Below are positions 49,525 through 60,241 of a stretch of 64,000 bases of DNA, piece by piece. Source of the stretch: a bacterium (GTDB lineage Bacteria > Electryoneota > AABM5-125-24 > Hatepunaeales > Hatepunaeaceae); contig JAIPJL010000001.1 in NCBI GenBank assembly GCA_021734165.1, positions 8,792 to 72,791 of the forward strand, read 5' to 3'. The stretch's first letter is position 1. Each line of letters starts with the position of its first letter. Made by a program: the position numbers and the translations under genes. The notes under the pieces were generated by a model. The model saw nothing but the letters and a program-made list of their open reading frames with translations, was not told the origin of the DNA and made no database searches.

Positions 49525-50853
49525 ATGGAGTACGAAATGAAGTTAATGCATATTTTTACAATTGTCGCTATCATTGCGATAGCGTTGTTCAACTTAAACG
49601 GATGCGGCGATAACTCGACTGCGCCTCCAGGTAACGGAAATAATTACGAAAGTCCACCACTTCCACCGGAGGACCTGTCCGCGCTGCCATTATCTCGCAG
49701 CGAGATCCAACTGACATGGAAGGATCGGTCAGATAATGAAGAGGGATTCCATATTTTTGAGAGTATTAATAACGACAGCAGCTACCAGCAGATTGCGATA
49801 GTTGGCGCTGACAAAATAACTCACAAATTGGATGGGAAAAGGGTTGATTCGCTTGATTATTACTATAAATTGAGATCATACAATAAATTTGGCAATTCCG
49901 CCTTCACTAATGAAGCGCTTGTCAGCGGGAGCGCGCTGGCTGGTGAAGTAGATGTTGGGGAAAGCCCGGTGACTTGTATAGATTATGATCCATCAGGTAG
50001 ATATATACTTGTTGGATGTGGAGACTACAAAGTTAAAAGGTATTATTCTACCGGGCTTGAAGTAGCCCAAACGCTTGAGATGCATCGGTCATTAATAAAA
50101 TCGGTTGCCTACAGTCCCGATAGTCTGCGTTTTGCTTCAGGTGATAATGATGGAATAATCAGGGTTTGGAATGTGGCGCTGGGTAGAGTAGAGTATGTTT
50201 TTACAACCAACAGCGCCGGAGGAGGCAAAGCAGATAAACTCGAATTCAGTTCAAACAGTCGGTATCTTGCTGCGGGATCTGAATATGTTAATATATGGGA
50301 GCTTGAAACAGGTGAATTGTATGATAGGCTATCAATTGATGATTCTATGGAAGTAGATTGTTATGCCTGGCATCCAGAAGGTAGATATATTGTTATTGCA
50401 GGGAATTATAAGATTCAAATCTGGGAAATTGGTGACAATAATGAACCGACCTGTTCGTTTGATTTGCCTATCAGCACTGCGCTGGAACCCTCGTATCTTG
50501 CAGTAAGTCCTGATGGTAAATATATAATAGGAGCCAAGTCATCAATTATTATATGGGAGATTAAAGATCAGGGAGGTTCTATCTCAATTGAGCATGTGCT
50601 GATAATTGGGGAGGATGATGGCGGACATCAGGGCTCGGTTTACGGCATAGATTTCAGCTATAATGGTTTGTATTTTGCCACCTGCTCGAATGACAATACT
50701 ATTAAAGTCTGGGATACGAATTCATTTGAAAATGTAGCCACTATTGATGCGCATGAACCTGCGGTTTACGGTGTTGCTTTCAGTCCAGATGGTATGCACA
50801 TGGCGTCAGGTGGCGGTGATACAAAGATTAAAGTCTGGTTGACGTTCTTCTGA
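49525..50853 (+). CDS. Lipoprotein with FN3 domain and WD40 propeller
   Basis: LNGC lipobox, LTWKDRSDNEEGF, repeated AFSPDG...SG..D..IKVW. Confidence 0.85.
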   Translation: MEYEMKLMHIFTIVAIIAIALFNLNGCGDNSTAPPGNGNNYESPPLPPEDLSALPLSRSEIQLTWKDRSDNEEGFHIFESINNDSSYQQIAIVGADKITHKLDGKRVDSLDYYYKLRSYNKFGNSAFTNEALVSGSALAGEVDVGESPVTCIDYDPSGRYILVGCGDYKVKRYYSTGLEVAQTLEMHRSLIKSVAYSPDSLRFASGDNDGIIRVWNVALGRVEYVFTTNSAGGGKADKLEFSSNSRYLAAGSEYVNIWELETGELYDRLSIDDSMEVDCYAWHPEGRYIVIAGNYKIQIWEIGDNNEPTCSFDLPISTALEPSYLAVSPDGKYIIGAKSSIIIWEIKDQGGSISIEHVLIIGEDDGGHQGSVYGIDFSYNGLYFATCSNDNTIKVWDTNSFENVATIDAHEPAVYGVAFSPDGMHMASGGGDTKIKVWLTFF

Positions 50854-50858
50854 TAGAT

Positions 50859-51632
50859 ATGGAAAAATCGGAGTGTCTGGATTTTGATAAGATCGGCTAT
50901 CGTTATCCGGGTGGCAACAGGAATGTGTTGAGTGAAATCACATGTTCGCTTAACAGGAGTGAGATTACCGCTCTCGTTGGTCTGTCCGCATCAGGGAAAT
51001 CGACATTCGGGCGCATAATAAAGGGATTAATTGAGCCTGACAGAGGTTGCTGCAACTCTGTCAATTCTGATGGAGAACGCAACAAACTCCCTGCTGAGAA
51101 ACGTATGAAGATGATTGGTTGGACAGGAGCGCATCCCGAATTGCAGTTGTTTGCAGCCACTGTACAGGAAGAAGTTGGATTTGGTCCTGTAAATCTTGGT
51201 GTTAAAGGTAGAGATTTAGATCAACGGATTAATTGGGCATTAGAGAAGGTTGGTCTTGATCCGGAAGAATTCTTGAACCGTGATCCGTTCAGGCTGTCAG
51301 GTGGCGAGAAGAGAAGAATTGCATTGGCTGGAATAATTGCCATGCAAACCGATTATTATATATTCGATGAACCAACAGCCGGACTGGATGATGATGGTTT
51401 GGAAAGCTTTATTGATTTAATTAAATCGCTTAAAAATGACGGCTGCGGAATTCTTTGGATTACTCATAATATCAGTCAACTTGCAGGAATTGTCGATAGA
51501 CTCTGGTCTTTCGAAGATGGTGAATTGGTAATGAACATGGCGGAGAATCAGGTTGATTGGGAGGATTTGACTGAAAGACTTGTTTCAGGTAACGATAAAT
51601 GCAGTAGGACAAGTATTCTTGCTTGTCATTAA
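50859..51632 (+). CDS. ECF-type ABC ATPase (EcfA2-like)
   Basis: GLSASGKST, QLFAATV.EEVGFGP, PFRLSGGEKRR, DEPTAGLD, ITH. Confidence 0.88.
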   Translation: MEKSECLDFDKIGYRYPGGNRNVLSEITCSLNRSEITALVGLSASGKSTFGRIIKGLIEPDRGCCNSVNSDGERNKLPAEKRMKMIGWTGAHPELQLFAATVQEEVGFGPVNLGVKGRDLDQRINWALEKVGLDPEEFLNRDPFRLSGGEKRRIALAGIIAMQTDYYIFDEPTAGLDDDGLESFIDLIKSLKNDGCGILWITHNISQLAGIVDRLWSFEDGELVMNMAENQVDWEDLTERLVSGNDKCSRTSILACH

Positions 51633-51684
51633 AAGTTCCTTTTAAAAATGCAGTTATTGACAAATAAGATGTTTGTCCTACTGC
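51601..51684. repeat. Inverted pair of GTAGGACAA REP-like palindromes
   Basis: GCAGTAGGACAAG...CTTGTC and GACAAA...TTTGTCCTACTGC. Confidence 0.75.
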
Positions 51685-51712
51685 AACTTCAAACAAAACA
51701 ACTGGAGATAAA

Positions 51713-52909
51713 ATGATTATTCTCGTTCTAAACAGCGGCTCAAGCTCGGTAAAGTACCGTTTGTTCGAGATGGAAGACGAAAAATGCCTCGCCTGGGGTC
51801 TTGTCGAGCGAATTGGAGCCAGAGGCGCAATCTTAAAACATAACCGCTACGACGGTCACAACATGAAACTCGCCGGTGATATAGTAGATCACACTAAAGC
51901 GATAGAATATATTCTGGCAATATTGCTTTCTCCTAACCATGGTGTAATTAAAGATCGCAACGAGATTAACGCGGTTGGTCATCGGGTTGTGCATGGGGGA
52001 GAAAAGTTTACAAAGTCTGTATTGATTGATGCTGAAGTGATGAATATGATACAGGAATGCATCGAATTAGCTCCGCTTCATAACCCTCATAATATCAAAG
52101 GAATAACTGCTTGCAGGAACCTGATGAAGGATGTCCCTCAGACGGCGATATTTGATACAGCATTTCATCATAAAATGCCGGACTATTCATATATGTATGG
52201 GCTGCCATACATACTATATAAACGTTATGGAGTGCGTCGTTATGGGTTTCATGGTTCATCTCACCGCTATGTAGCTGATCGGGCAGCGGTAATGATGCAA
52301 AAAACAATCGAAAAACTTAAACTGGTAACTTGTCACCTTGGCAACGGCTGTAGTTCAGCAGCAGTGAATGGTGGTGTGTCGGTTGACACGACGATGGGTT
52401 TTACTCCGACGGAAGGGCTATTAATGGGCACAAGAACAGGTGACATTGATCCGGCAGCTTTGCTCTATGTGATGAGTCGCGAGGAAATCGGCATTGGAGA
52501 GGCAAACTCCCTGATAAACAAACATTCCGGATTAAATGGTATATCAGGTGTTTCCAATGATATGAGAGAGCTGGAAGAAGCCATAACCACAGGAAATAAA
52601 CGCGCTGAACTCGCGGTAAACATGTTTGCTTACAGAGTTAAGAAGTATATCGGCGCTTACGCTGCTGCCATGGGAGGTATTGATGGGATAGTATTCACAG
52701 GCGGTATAGGTGAAAACTCCGCCGGAATACGCAAACGTTCGATAGCAGGGCTGGAATTCCTCGGCGCTGAACTTGACGAGGTAAATAATAATGCAAAATC
52801 GTCTGATGAGCGATTTATTGATAAGGATAGTCGTGTCAGAATAATGGTCATACCGACAAATGAAGAGCTTGTAATTGCGAGAGATACGTTGGAGTTGGTG
52901 CAGGATTAG
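51713..52909 (+). CDS. ackA: Acetate kinase
   Basis: LNSGSSSVK, GHRVVHGG, APLHN, FDTAFH, YGFHG, HLGNG, FTGGIGEN, PTNEE. Confidence 0.97.
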   Translation: MIILVLNSGSSSVKYRLFEMEDEKCLAWGLVERIGARGAILKHNRYDGHNMKLAGDIVDHTKAIEYILAILLSPNHGVIKDRNEINAVGHRVVHGGEKFTKSVLIDAEVMNMIQECIELAPLHNPHNIKGITACRNLMKDVPQTAIFDTAFHHKMPDYSYMYGLPYILYKRYGVRRYGFHGSSHRYVADRAAVMMQKTIEKLKLVTCHLGNGCSSAAVNGGVSVDTTMGFTPTEGLLMGTRTGDIDPAALLYVMSREEIGIGEANSLINKHSGLNGISGVSNDMRELEEAITTGNKRAELAVNMFAYRVKKYIGAYAAAMGGIDGIVFTGGIGENSAGIRKRSIAGLEFLGAELDEVNNNAKSSDERFIDKDSRVRIMVIPTNEELVIARDTLELVQD

Positions 52910-52921
52910 AGGAATGGATTA

Positions 52922-52964
52922 TTGAATCGAAAACGCCGATATTTTGTCGGCGTGTTTGATTCAA
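52922..52964. terminator. Hairpin terminator between convergent genes
   Basis: TTGAATC..AACGCCGA-loop-TCGGCGT..GATTCAA. Confidence 0.7.
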
Positions 52965-52992
52965 GATATATTAATTATTTCTGTTTTGTAGC

Positions 52993-53769
52993 CTAATTCA
53001 CGAACTTATCTACCCAACCGAAATAGTCTTTGAAGAACTTGGTAAAGTTATATACAACACGAGAATTTGAAATGTAGAACCAGAGTCCTGATATGTTTAC
53101 CAACCAGTAAAAAACCACACCTGAAACAAAAATACCGCCAATGTATATCGCCGAAGCTTTATTTAGCTTTTTAGGTCGCTCAACACGCATTTCTGTCATG
53201 AAGTACACAATACGCTTATCCTTCATGTCATCTTCACCGAGCGCCAGTCCCATTATTGCCCAGGCAAGACAGATGACAAAACTGGTCAGGATGGAAAGAG
53301 TAGGTAATATACTGATGTAGTTAGGCCAGCGGTAGAGCGTGTAAATTGAGAGTCCGAGTCCGAGGACAGCGGCAATGTTTGTGTAATTTCTAAAACGTCT
53401 CAGGTATAATGGTGGTCGGAAGATGAATTTGTTGCGAACAGAAGTAACTTCGACATTAGCTTTTGCAAAGTAATCGATTATGTTACCGGAAAAACCTGCT
53501 AACAAATAGAAGCGAATCCAGTGGTCGGTAACATAGTCAAAGAGAATCCCTTTCCAGAATATCTGTTCAAAAAACGAAACTACATAAACCACAACGATAT
53601 AAACTAAAGCCCAGAAAATATACCCTTTATCTTCAGCAAAAGAGATAGCCATCTCTTTAAGCTGCTCTTTTGTCGGCATTCTCTTAAGCTCCCCGCCACA
53701 TGCAGGGCAATGTTTCTCGCGGAAGAAATTGTAGGTGGAGATTGAGCCTTTACAATGTTGGCATCTCAT
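52993..53769 (-). CDS. Hypothetical membrane protein with N-terminal zinc ribbon
   Basis: CQHC...CPACG followed by about 5 TM helices; GGAGA RBS. Confidence 0.72.
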   Translation of the reverse strand: MRCQHCKGSISTYNFFREKHCPACGGELKRMPTKEQLKEMAISFAEDKGYIFWALVYIVVVYVVSFFEQIFWKGILFDYVTDHWIRFYLLAGFSGNIIDYFAKANVEVTSVRNKFIFRPPLYLRRFRNYTNIAAVLGLGLSIYTLYRWPNYISILPTLSILTSFVICLAWAIMGLALGEDDMKDKRIVYFMTEMRVERPKKLNKASAIYIGGIFVSGVVFYWLVNISGLWFYISNSRVVYNFTKFFKDYFGWVDKFVN

Positions 53770-53954
53770 CGCAGCATCTCCGTTTTGAGTTTACGGTAAT
53801 GTTGATAACTGCCAAGCTATTTACCCGGCAGGTAAAACAGAAAGAAATAAAAACTTCTAACTTATAAGTATAATAAATTATTATAGCATTTACCATAAAA
53901 TCAAAAAAAACTTCACAAAATATCAATATTTATGCAAAGCTCTCACTGCTTATG

Positions 53955-54575
53955 TTAAGATTTTACAAAATGTAAAAGTGTCAGACCGCTTTCTGTATTA
54001 AGTATATTGGGATCAGACCAATTAATAGAATTAAACCCTATCAACTCATTCTCATAGGATGAACCCTTCCAGGCTATCAATTCACCACCTGATTTAAGCA
54101 ATGATTCACCCCAGGATAATAAATCGCAAAGTGGCGCTGCAGCGCGACTGACAATTGTATTGAAACAATTATGCATATCAGTTTCATTGACGATATTTTC
54201 AGCCCTGTCACAGATAACATCGATTGAAGTAAGATTTAAATTATCGATTGTTTTTTTTAGAAATAGTGTTTTACGACGATTTGAATCAAGAAGAACACCA
54301 TTAACATCAGGTTTAGCGATTAAAATTGGAATGCCCGGAATGCCGGCTCCCGTTCCAATATCTATCAAGGGTGAGCGGATCTGACAAACAGACCAGGAAA
54401 GCACAAGAAGTGAATCGGATAAAAGCAATTTTGTGAGGTTTTCAACATTTTTACCTGACACAAGATTAACACTTTTATTACCAATAATAATGGATTTACG
54501 ATAATTCTCAAGCAAGTTATGAACATTTGTTTGTTTATTAGTGAATTCTTTTAAGTATTTGAAAATATGAGACAT
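53955..54575 (-). CDS. rsmG: 16S rRNA m7G527 methyltransferase
   Basis: NLVS, DSL, DIGTGAGIPG, RAE, SRA, KG; follows mnmG. Confidence 0.92.
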   Translation of the reverse strand: MSHIFKYLKEFTNKQTNVHNLLENYRKSIIIGNKSVNLVSGKNVENLTKLLLSDSLLVLSWSVCQIRSPLIDIGTGAGIPGIPILIAKPDVNGVLLDSNRRKTLFLKKTIDNLNLTSIDVICDRAENIVNETDMHNCFNTIVSRAAAPLCDLLSWGESLLKSGGELIAWKGSSYENELIGFNSINWSDPNILNTESGLTLLHFVKS

Positions 54576-54631
54576 GCGATGATTCCAATTAAGTTATTAA
54601 CATTATATTCACATCGTGATTGTAAATTAAG

Positions 54632-56494
54632 CTATCGATTTATACGTTTAAGGTTAACAAGAAGAACAGCAAGATCTGCCGGAGTGATTCCAGGTATGTT
54701 TGAGGCTTGGCTCAGATTTGAAGGTTTAATTTTGTGCAGTTTTTCACGACCTTCTGAAGATAATCCTTTAACCTGTAGAAAATTAAAACCATCAGGAATA
54801 ATTTTAACCATATTACGGTGCAAATCAGCCACTCGCTGCTCCTGACGAACCAGATAGCCGGAATATTTAATTTCAGCGCTGATTCGACGATATAATTCTC
54901 CTCTACCGGAAAGGAGTTCATCTGTTATTGTAGAATTATCTAAAATAGTCAAAACAGAAGATAACTCAATATCCGGACGTTTTATTAAATCATACAAACT
55001 TTGGGATTGTCCATTATTATTGATTTTTCCATTCTTAAGAAGTTCAATAATATCAGATACATATTTTTCGTCAGACAGGACTTTATCTCTTTGAGTTTCT
55101 GATATTAAACCAAACTGAAATGCTTTTTCAGAAAGACGGGCTTCTGCATTGTCCAGTCTAAGTTTCAGTCGAAATTCAGCCCTTGATGTAAACATTCTAT
55201 ATGGTTCATCAGCGCCTTTGGTGATAAGATCATCAATCAGAACGCCAATATAAGCTTCATCTCTGGAAAAGGTTAGAGTTTTTGTTTCACCAAGAGATCT
55301 GACGGCTGCGTTAACTCCTGCAACAAGACCTTGGGCAGCAGCTTCTTCATAGCCTGAAGTACCGTTAATCTGACCAGCGAAGTAAAGATTATTGATTATC
55401 TTTGATTCCAGACTTGCTTTCAGTTGATGAGGAGGAAAATAGTCGTACTCAATAGCATAACCAGGTCGTGTCATCTCAACATTCTCAAGTCCAGGTATCT
55501 TGTGAAGAGCTTTTATTTGAATGTCAACAGGCAGACTTGTGGCAAGTCCATTAGGATAGTATTCGTTTGTATTTAACCCTTCAGGTTCCAGAAACACAAT
55601 ATGACGTTCGTGGTCAGGAAACCGAACGATTTTATCTTCTATGGATGGGCAGTATCTAGGACCTACTCCCTTAATTCTACCGCAATAAAGAGGTGAACGA
55701 TCAAGACCTAACTTGATCTCTTCATGTACTAATTCGTTGGTATGAGTAATCCAGCAGGGTTTATGAGGAAGAGTTTGTGAAACGGTTTGCTTTGAAAAAT
55801 AAATGGGATCCTCATCGCCATCCTGACGCTCAGTCTTTGAGAAGTCAATAGTACTCCCATCAAGACGCGGTGGTGTTCCGGTTTTTAATCTACCAATCTG
55901 GATTCCAAGATTATTTATTGATTTAGATAAACCGGTAACGGGTGGCTCACCAACTCGTCCGCCTGCTTCCTGATGGTCTCCACAGTGTATAAGACCATTT
56001 AAGAAAGTACCACAGGTTAATACGATTGTATGTCCGGAGATTTGATTTCCATTGCTTAGAATAACGCCAGTGCAATTATTGTGTTTATCAGTTATTAGAC
56101 TGTTTACAGTTCCTTCAAATAGATCGAGTCCGGGATAATTCTTTAAATATTTTACCATTTCAATGGTATATAATGTTCTATCGTTTTGAGAGCGGGGAGA
56201 CCAGACAGCGAAACCTTTGGAAAGATTTAGAACTCTGAACTGAATAGCAGTCTTGTCGGCTATAAGCGGTATAACACCTCCAAGCGCATCAATCTCACGT
56301 ACTAAATGCCCTTTAGCGATTCCACCGATAGCCGGGTTGCAGGACATCTCTCCGAGTTTGTTAAGACTACTTGAGATAAGGAGAGTCCTGGCGCCGATGC
56401 GAGCAGCCGCAGCCGCAGCTTCACAGCCTGCATGACCTCCACCTGCCACGATAACATCAAAGTCAGGATTTTGTTGTTTCTGGTTGTTTTTCAT
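54632..56494 (-). CDS. mnmG: tRNA uridine modification enzyme MnmG (GidA)
   Basis: GGGHAGCEAA, MSCNPAIGG, RLKTGTPPR, GPRYCPSIEDK, AGQINGTSGYEEAAAQG. Confidence 0.98.
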   Translation of the reverse strand: MKNNQKQQNPDFDVIVAGGGHAGCEAAAAAARIGARTLLISSSLNKLGEMSCNPAIGGIAKGHLVREIDALGGVIPLIADKTAIQFRVLNLSKGFAVWSPRSQNDRTLYTIEMVKYLKNYPGLDLFEGTVNSLITDKHNNCTGVILSNGNQISGHTIVLTCGTFLNGLIHCGDHQEAGGRVGEPPVTGLSKSINNLGIQIGRLKTGTPPRLDGSTIDFSKTERQDGDEDPIYFSKQTVSQTLPHKPCWITHTNELVHEEIKLGLDRSPLYCGRIKGVGPRYCPSIEDKIVRFPDHERHIVFLEPEGLNTNEYYPNGLATSLPVDIQIKALHKIPGLENVEMTRPGYAIEYDYFPPHQLKASLESKIINNLYFAGQINGTSGYEEAAAQGLVAGVNAAVRSLGETKTLTFSRDEAYIGVLIDDLITKGADEPYRMFTSRAEFRLKLRLDNAEARLSEKAFQFGLISETQRDKVLSDEKYVSDIIELLKNGKINNNGQSQSLYDLIKRPDIELSSVLTILDNSTITDELLSGRGELYRRISAEIKYSGYLVRQEQRVADLHRNMVKIIPDGFNFLQVKGLSSEGREKLHKIKPSNLSQASNIPGITPADLAVLLVNLKRINR

Positions 56495-56523
56495 CAAAGA
56501 AGTAAAATTTGCAAAGCAGTAGC

Positions 56524-56991
56524 TTAAAAAACATCCGCAAACCAACCGGAGGTGTTTCTAAGTCTAAGTGAAAGTAATGAAGTCATTCCGCGTAGCATTT
56601 TAACAGCAAGACGAGGAGTATTTTCTGTAATTTCATCAAAGCTTTTATGAGTTAACACATAAACCCTGGTTTTTTGTACTGAAATAACACTCGCGGATCT
56701 GGTCATTCCATCTACAAGTGACATCTCACCAATGACGCCGCCTCTTTCGAAGCGAGCGATTACAATTCGTCCTGATCCATGAGAGCGGGATTTCTCGATT
56801 TCAACAGAACCATCTGCAATGATAAATAATTTTCCACCGGGATCGCCTTCACGGAACAGCTCGGCGCCGGGATCGTATTTTTCCTCATCGAGTTTAAGGG
56901 CGATACCGCTGAGTTCTTCTTCGTTTAACTCTTGGAACATCGGAATATCTTTCATTAACTCGATAAGTTCCTTGTTTAACTTTAGGTCCAT
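56524..56991 (-). CDS. Stand-alone cyclic nucleotide-binding domain protein
   Basis: LFREGDPG..LFII..G.V, GEMSL...RSASV; no HTH. Confidence 0.9.
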   Translation of the reverse strand: MDLKLNKELIELMKDIPMFQELNEEELSGIALKLDEEKYDPGAELFREGDPGGKLFIIADGSVEIEKSRSHGSGRIVIARFERGGVIGEMSLVDGMTRSASVISVQKTRVYVLTHKSFDEITENTPRLAVKMLRGMTSLLSLRLRNTSGWFADVF

Positions 56992-57035
56992 TTAATCCTC
57001 CATGTATTTATGAGGTCAATCAATGCAATTCTAAT

Positions 57036-57051
57036 TGTTCCACGTGGAACA
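57036..57051. promoter_or_regulatory. parS: parS centromere-like site
   Basis: Perfect palindrome TGTTCCACGTGGAACA matching the ParB-binding consensus. Confidence 0.88.
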
Positions 57052-57084
57052 ATTGCTATTTTACGTTAGAATTGCGATGTATAT

Positions 57085-58440
57085 TTATTTTCCAATGCAA
57101 AACTTTGAGAATATGCTATCCAGCATGTTGTCAAGTGATCGTTTTCCGGTAAGTTCATCCAAGCCTGCGAGCGCTTCCCGAAAATCCTCTGCGATAATAT
57201 CCGCCGGATATTTGTCAATAATGTTTTGTTTTGCATTGCATAAAGCTTTATTAACTTTAAGCACAGCTTCGTAATGTCTTTCTCTGCTTATTGTAGTTTC
57301 ATTCATTGGTAGAGATGATGAAACATATTCGCGAAGCTTTGTTTTGAGGTTATTAAGTCCGACGCCGGTTAGGGCTGATACTTCAACGAAACTGTTGTAT
57401 TTAACATTACTTGCAATATCTATTTTATTCATTACTTTTATTTCATTTTCAACAGTTTTGTTAATACCGCTTTTAAGCTCATTCTTTTGATCAACAGAAT
57501 AGACAAGTATTAAGATTTCAGCTTTTTTAGCAGCATCCAAAGCTCTATTTATACCTTCATCCTCAACACCGGATTTTGTCTTTCTTATTCCCGCGGTATC
57601 GTACAGTTTAAATAATATGCCGTTAATAAACAAAGAACCTGTGATTACGTCGCGTGTTGTGCCTGGTTGCGCATGTACGATAGACCTGTTTTCGCAAAGA
57701 AGTGCGTTGAATAATGAGCTTTTTCCGGTATTAGGTGATCCGGTAATTGCTACTCTGATGCCTTCCCTTAATACTTTTGCCTCTTTGTAGCCATCTATCA
57801 TTCGATTTATCTCTTCAAGAGCAGAATCGATCTGTTTTATTTTTTCACTATCAATAAGGATGCTAATATTATCTTCTGTAAAATCAAGTTCTAATTCACT
57901 ATTTATCAATATCTTAGAGACTTTTTCGGTAAGCGCTGAAGCAGATTTTGAAATGCCTCCAACTAATTGTGTTAATGCAAGTTCTGCTCCCTCATTACTG
58001 GTTGAATCGATTAAATCAGCTACAGCTTCAGCTTGTGTAAGATCGATTTTATCATTAAGATAGGCTCTGTATGTAAATTCACCAGGGGAAGCTGGTCTGA
58101 TGCCTGACTTGAAGAGTAAATCCAACACCTCAGAAACTATTATTGGGCTTCCATGTGTTGTAATTTCAATAACATCGTCACCGGTATATGATTCGGGAGC
58201 TTTGAAAAAAGATAAAACAACTTCATCGATTATATTCTTAGTAATGCCAGGTTTAATTTGTTTTATTATATGACCATATTTGAATTCACCTGGTCCGGGT
58301 AGTTTACGATCAAATATTTCAGAAGCGATTTTGACAGCACCTGTTCCGGATATTCGAATAACTGAAATACCACCTCTTCCCGGTGGCGTGGCTTCGGCTG
58401 CGATTGTGTCTTCCGTACGATATTGAGCGCTAAGGTTCAT
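57085..58440 (-). CDS. mnmE: tRNA modification GTPase MnmE (TrmE)
   Basis: DTIAA, SYTGDD, GEFT.RA, GSPNTGKSS, GTTRD, DTAG, FCIGK. Confidence 0.97.
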   Translation of the reverse strand: MNLSAQYRTEDTIAAEATPPGRGGISVIRISGTGAVKIASEIFDRKLPGPGEFKYGHIIKQIKPGITKNIIDEVVLSFFKAPESYTGDDVIEITTHGSPIIVSEVLDLLFKSGIRPASPGEFTYRAYLNDKIDLTQAEAVADLIDSTSNEGAELALTQLVGGISKSASALTEKVSKILINSELELDFTEDNISILIDSEKIKQIDSALEEINRMIDGYKEAKVLREGIRVAITGSPNTGKSSLFNALLCENRSIVHAQPGTTRDVITGSLFINGILFKLYDTAGIRKTKSGVEDEGINRALDAAKKAEILILVYSVDQKNELKSGINKTVENEIKVMNKIDIASNVKYNSFVEVSALTGVGLNNLKTKLREYVSSSLPMNETTISRERHYEAVLKVNKALCNAKQNIIDKYPADIIAEDFREALAGLDELTGKRSLDNMLDSIFSKFCIGK

Positions 58441-58459
58441 CCACAGTCTCGTATTAATA

Positions 58460-60241
58460 TTATTCGGCTTTTGCCTGTGATAGTTTCGGCGGTGGCGTGA
58501 TCCTTTGCTGAACTAACGTTAATACGTTAAACAATGTGTAATATAGCGTCAAACCGGATGGAAACTGATTAAATATCAATGTCATAAATACTGGCATTAT
58601 GTAAAGCATCATTTTCTGATTAGGATCAGTCATTGTGCTCTTTGACTGAAAAAATGTCGATATTCCCATCAATATTGGCAGCAAAGCAACATGCGCTCCA
58701 TACATAGGAACCGTAAATGGCAGGTGGAAAATTATATCCGGCTTGGAGAGATCGGTAATCCAGAATACAAATGGCGCATTACGAAACTGTATTGTAGCTC
58801 TGAAGATAATGAATAATGAATACAGCAGTGGCATCTGTATAAGCATTGGCAGACACCCTCCCATAGGATTTACTTTCTCTTCCTTATAAAGTTTCATAGT
58901 TTCTTTCTGCATCCGTTGTGGATCAGACTTATACTTCTCTCGTAGCTCTTTCATTTTCGGCTGCAATTGTTGCATTGCAGCCATTGACCGGTAACTTTTC
59001 CGTGTAAGGGGCCATACGACTATCTTTATCAGGATAGAGAATAATATTATACAAATACCATAGTTTGGAATGAAAACATGCATCTTTTTCAATGACCATA
59101 GTACTGCTTTGGAGAATGGCGCTATAATCGCCCAGCCCCAATTCATAGTTAATTTTAATGTAGGCTCAACTTCGTTAAGTATGTCATAGTCTATTGGCCC
59201 AACATAAACTTTTATTTTGGATAAAGGAACTCCTGTATTATCAAGCGGTAATCTCAAACCTACACCGAGGTTGTTGGGTCTAATTTTATCAGCAGTAGAA
59301 TCGAAGATACTTTCCATCCAGCAGCCAATAGCAGGAGCTCCTTCAGGAATTAAGGCTGCCATAAAGTATTTAGTTCTCACCGATCCCCACAAAGTCTGAC
59401 CACTGAGTGGACCTATAATCTCATCTTTCTTCTTGTTAATTTCAAGATCTTCGAGTTCATTGCCACTGAAATAAGTATGAGCTTCGGAATAATAGTCTTC
59501 ACCGCCGGCTCCCATAGATTTGGATGGCGCTTTATCTTCAGGTTTTGATTCGGTATATCTTAATCCACCTCTCCAATAAACTTCACCATAATCTCTTCCC
59601 CACAAACCTTCAAGACCACTGCCTTCAATGGAAGCTTCGAATGTGTAAGTATCACCGTTAAATCGATAAACCACTGAAATACTTCTGTCATTACCAAGCG
59701 CTGATGTGAAAACCAGATTTTTTTGCTGTCCAGGTTTTAAGAATAATAGGTGTTCTGCGGTTTTGAATTCATTTTCTATAGTAAATGATAATTGATCGGT
59801 TTCTACAGGACCTTCAACTGACCAGAAGCGAAAGCCCGGACGTGGTTTGCCATCAGCTTTGAGGAGTTCGAGTTCTGTTTCTTTTAAATAACGACCATTA
59901 CTCTTTAATTTACAAGATATTAGCTTAGCGCCTTTATTGGTGAAGCGCATCTTATATAGATTTGTCTCAACGTTTACATATTCTTCCGGAATTGTATCAA
60001 TCGCTATTATGGGAGTTAACTCATTACCTAATTCTGCATCGTTTAAAGATTCGTTCTCCGCAACAAGGTAAGTATCTTTTCTCTCTTTGACCGGTCTGCG
60101 TGTGTAAATCTGTTCTGTTGTATCAATTGAAGTTGAGTCCTGAAGGTTTTCCTGGGGAGGATTCAACCAAAGCAGGTAATCATCATAAAATATGAAGATT
60201 ACTGCTATAACAATTAGCGCTATTACGGTTCTTTTATCCAT
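58460..60241 (-). CDS. yidC: Membrane protein insertase YidC
   Basis: [34 protein letters not shown]. Confidence 0.96.
   Translation of the reverse strand: MDKRTVIALIVIAVIFIFYDDYLLWLNPPQENLQDSTSIDTTEQIYTRRPVKERKDTYLVAENESLNDAELGNELTPIIAIDTIPEEYVNVETNLYKMRFTNKGAKLISCKLKSNGRYLKETELELLKADGKPRPGFRFWSVEGPVETDQLSFTIENEFKTAEHLLFLKPGQQKNLVFTSALGNDRSISVVYRFNGDTYTFEASIEGSGLEGLWGRDYGEVYWRGGLRYTESKPEDKAPSKSMGAGGEDYYSEAHTYFSGNELEDLEINKKKDEIIGPLSGQTLWGSVRTKYFMAALIPEGAPAIGCWMESIFDSTADKIRPNNLGVGLRLPLDNTGVPLSKIKVYVGPIDYDILNEVEPTLKLTMNWGWAIIAPFSKAVLWSLKKMHVFIPNYGICIILFSILIKIVVWPLTRKSYRSMAAMQQLQPKMKELREKYKSDPQRMQKETMKLYKEEKVNPMGGCLPMLIQMPLLYSLFIIFRATIQFRNAPFVFWITDLSKPDIIFHLPFTVPMYGAHVALLPILMGISTFFQSKSTMTDPNQKMMLYIMPVFMTLIFNQFPSGLTLYYTLFNVLTLVQQRITPPPKLSQAKAE

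Noticed and set aside
57035..57274. ORF starting MFHVEQ
   Set aside because: This is the translation of the parS palindrome running antisense into mnmE
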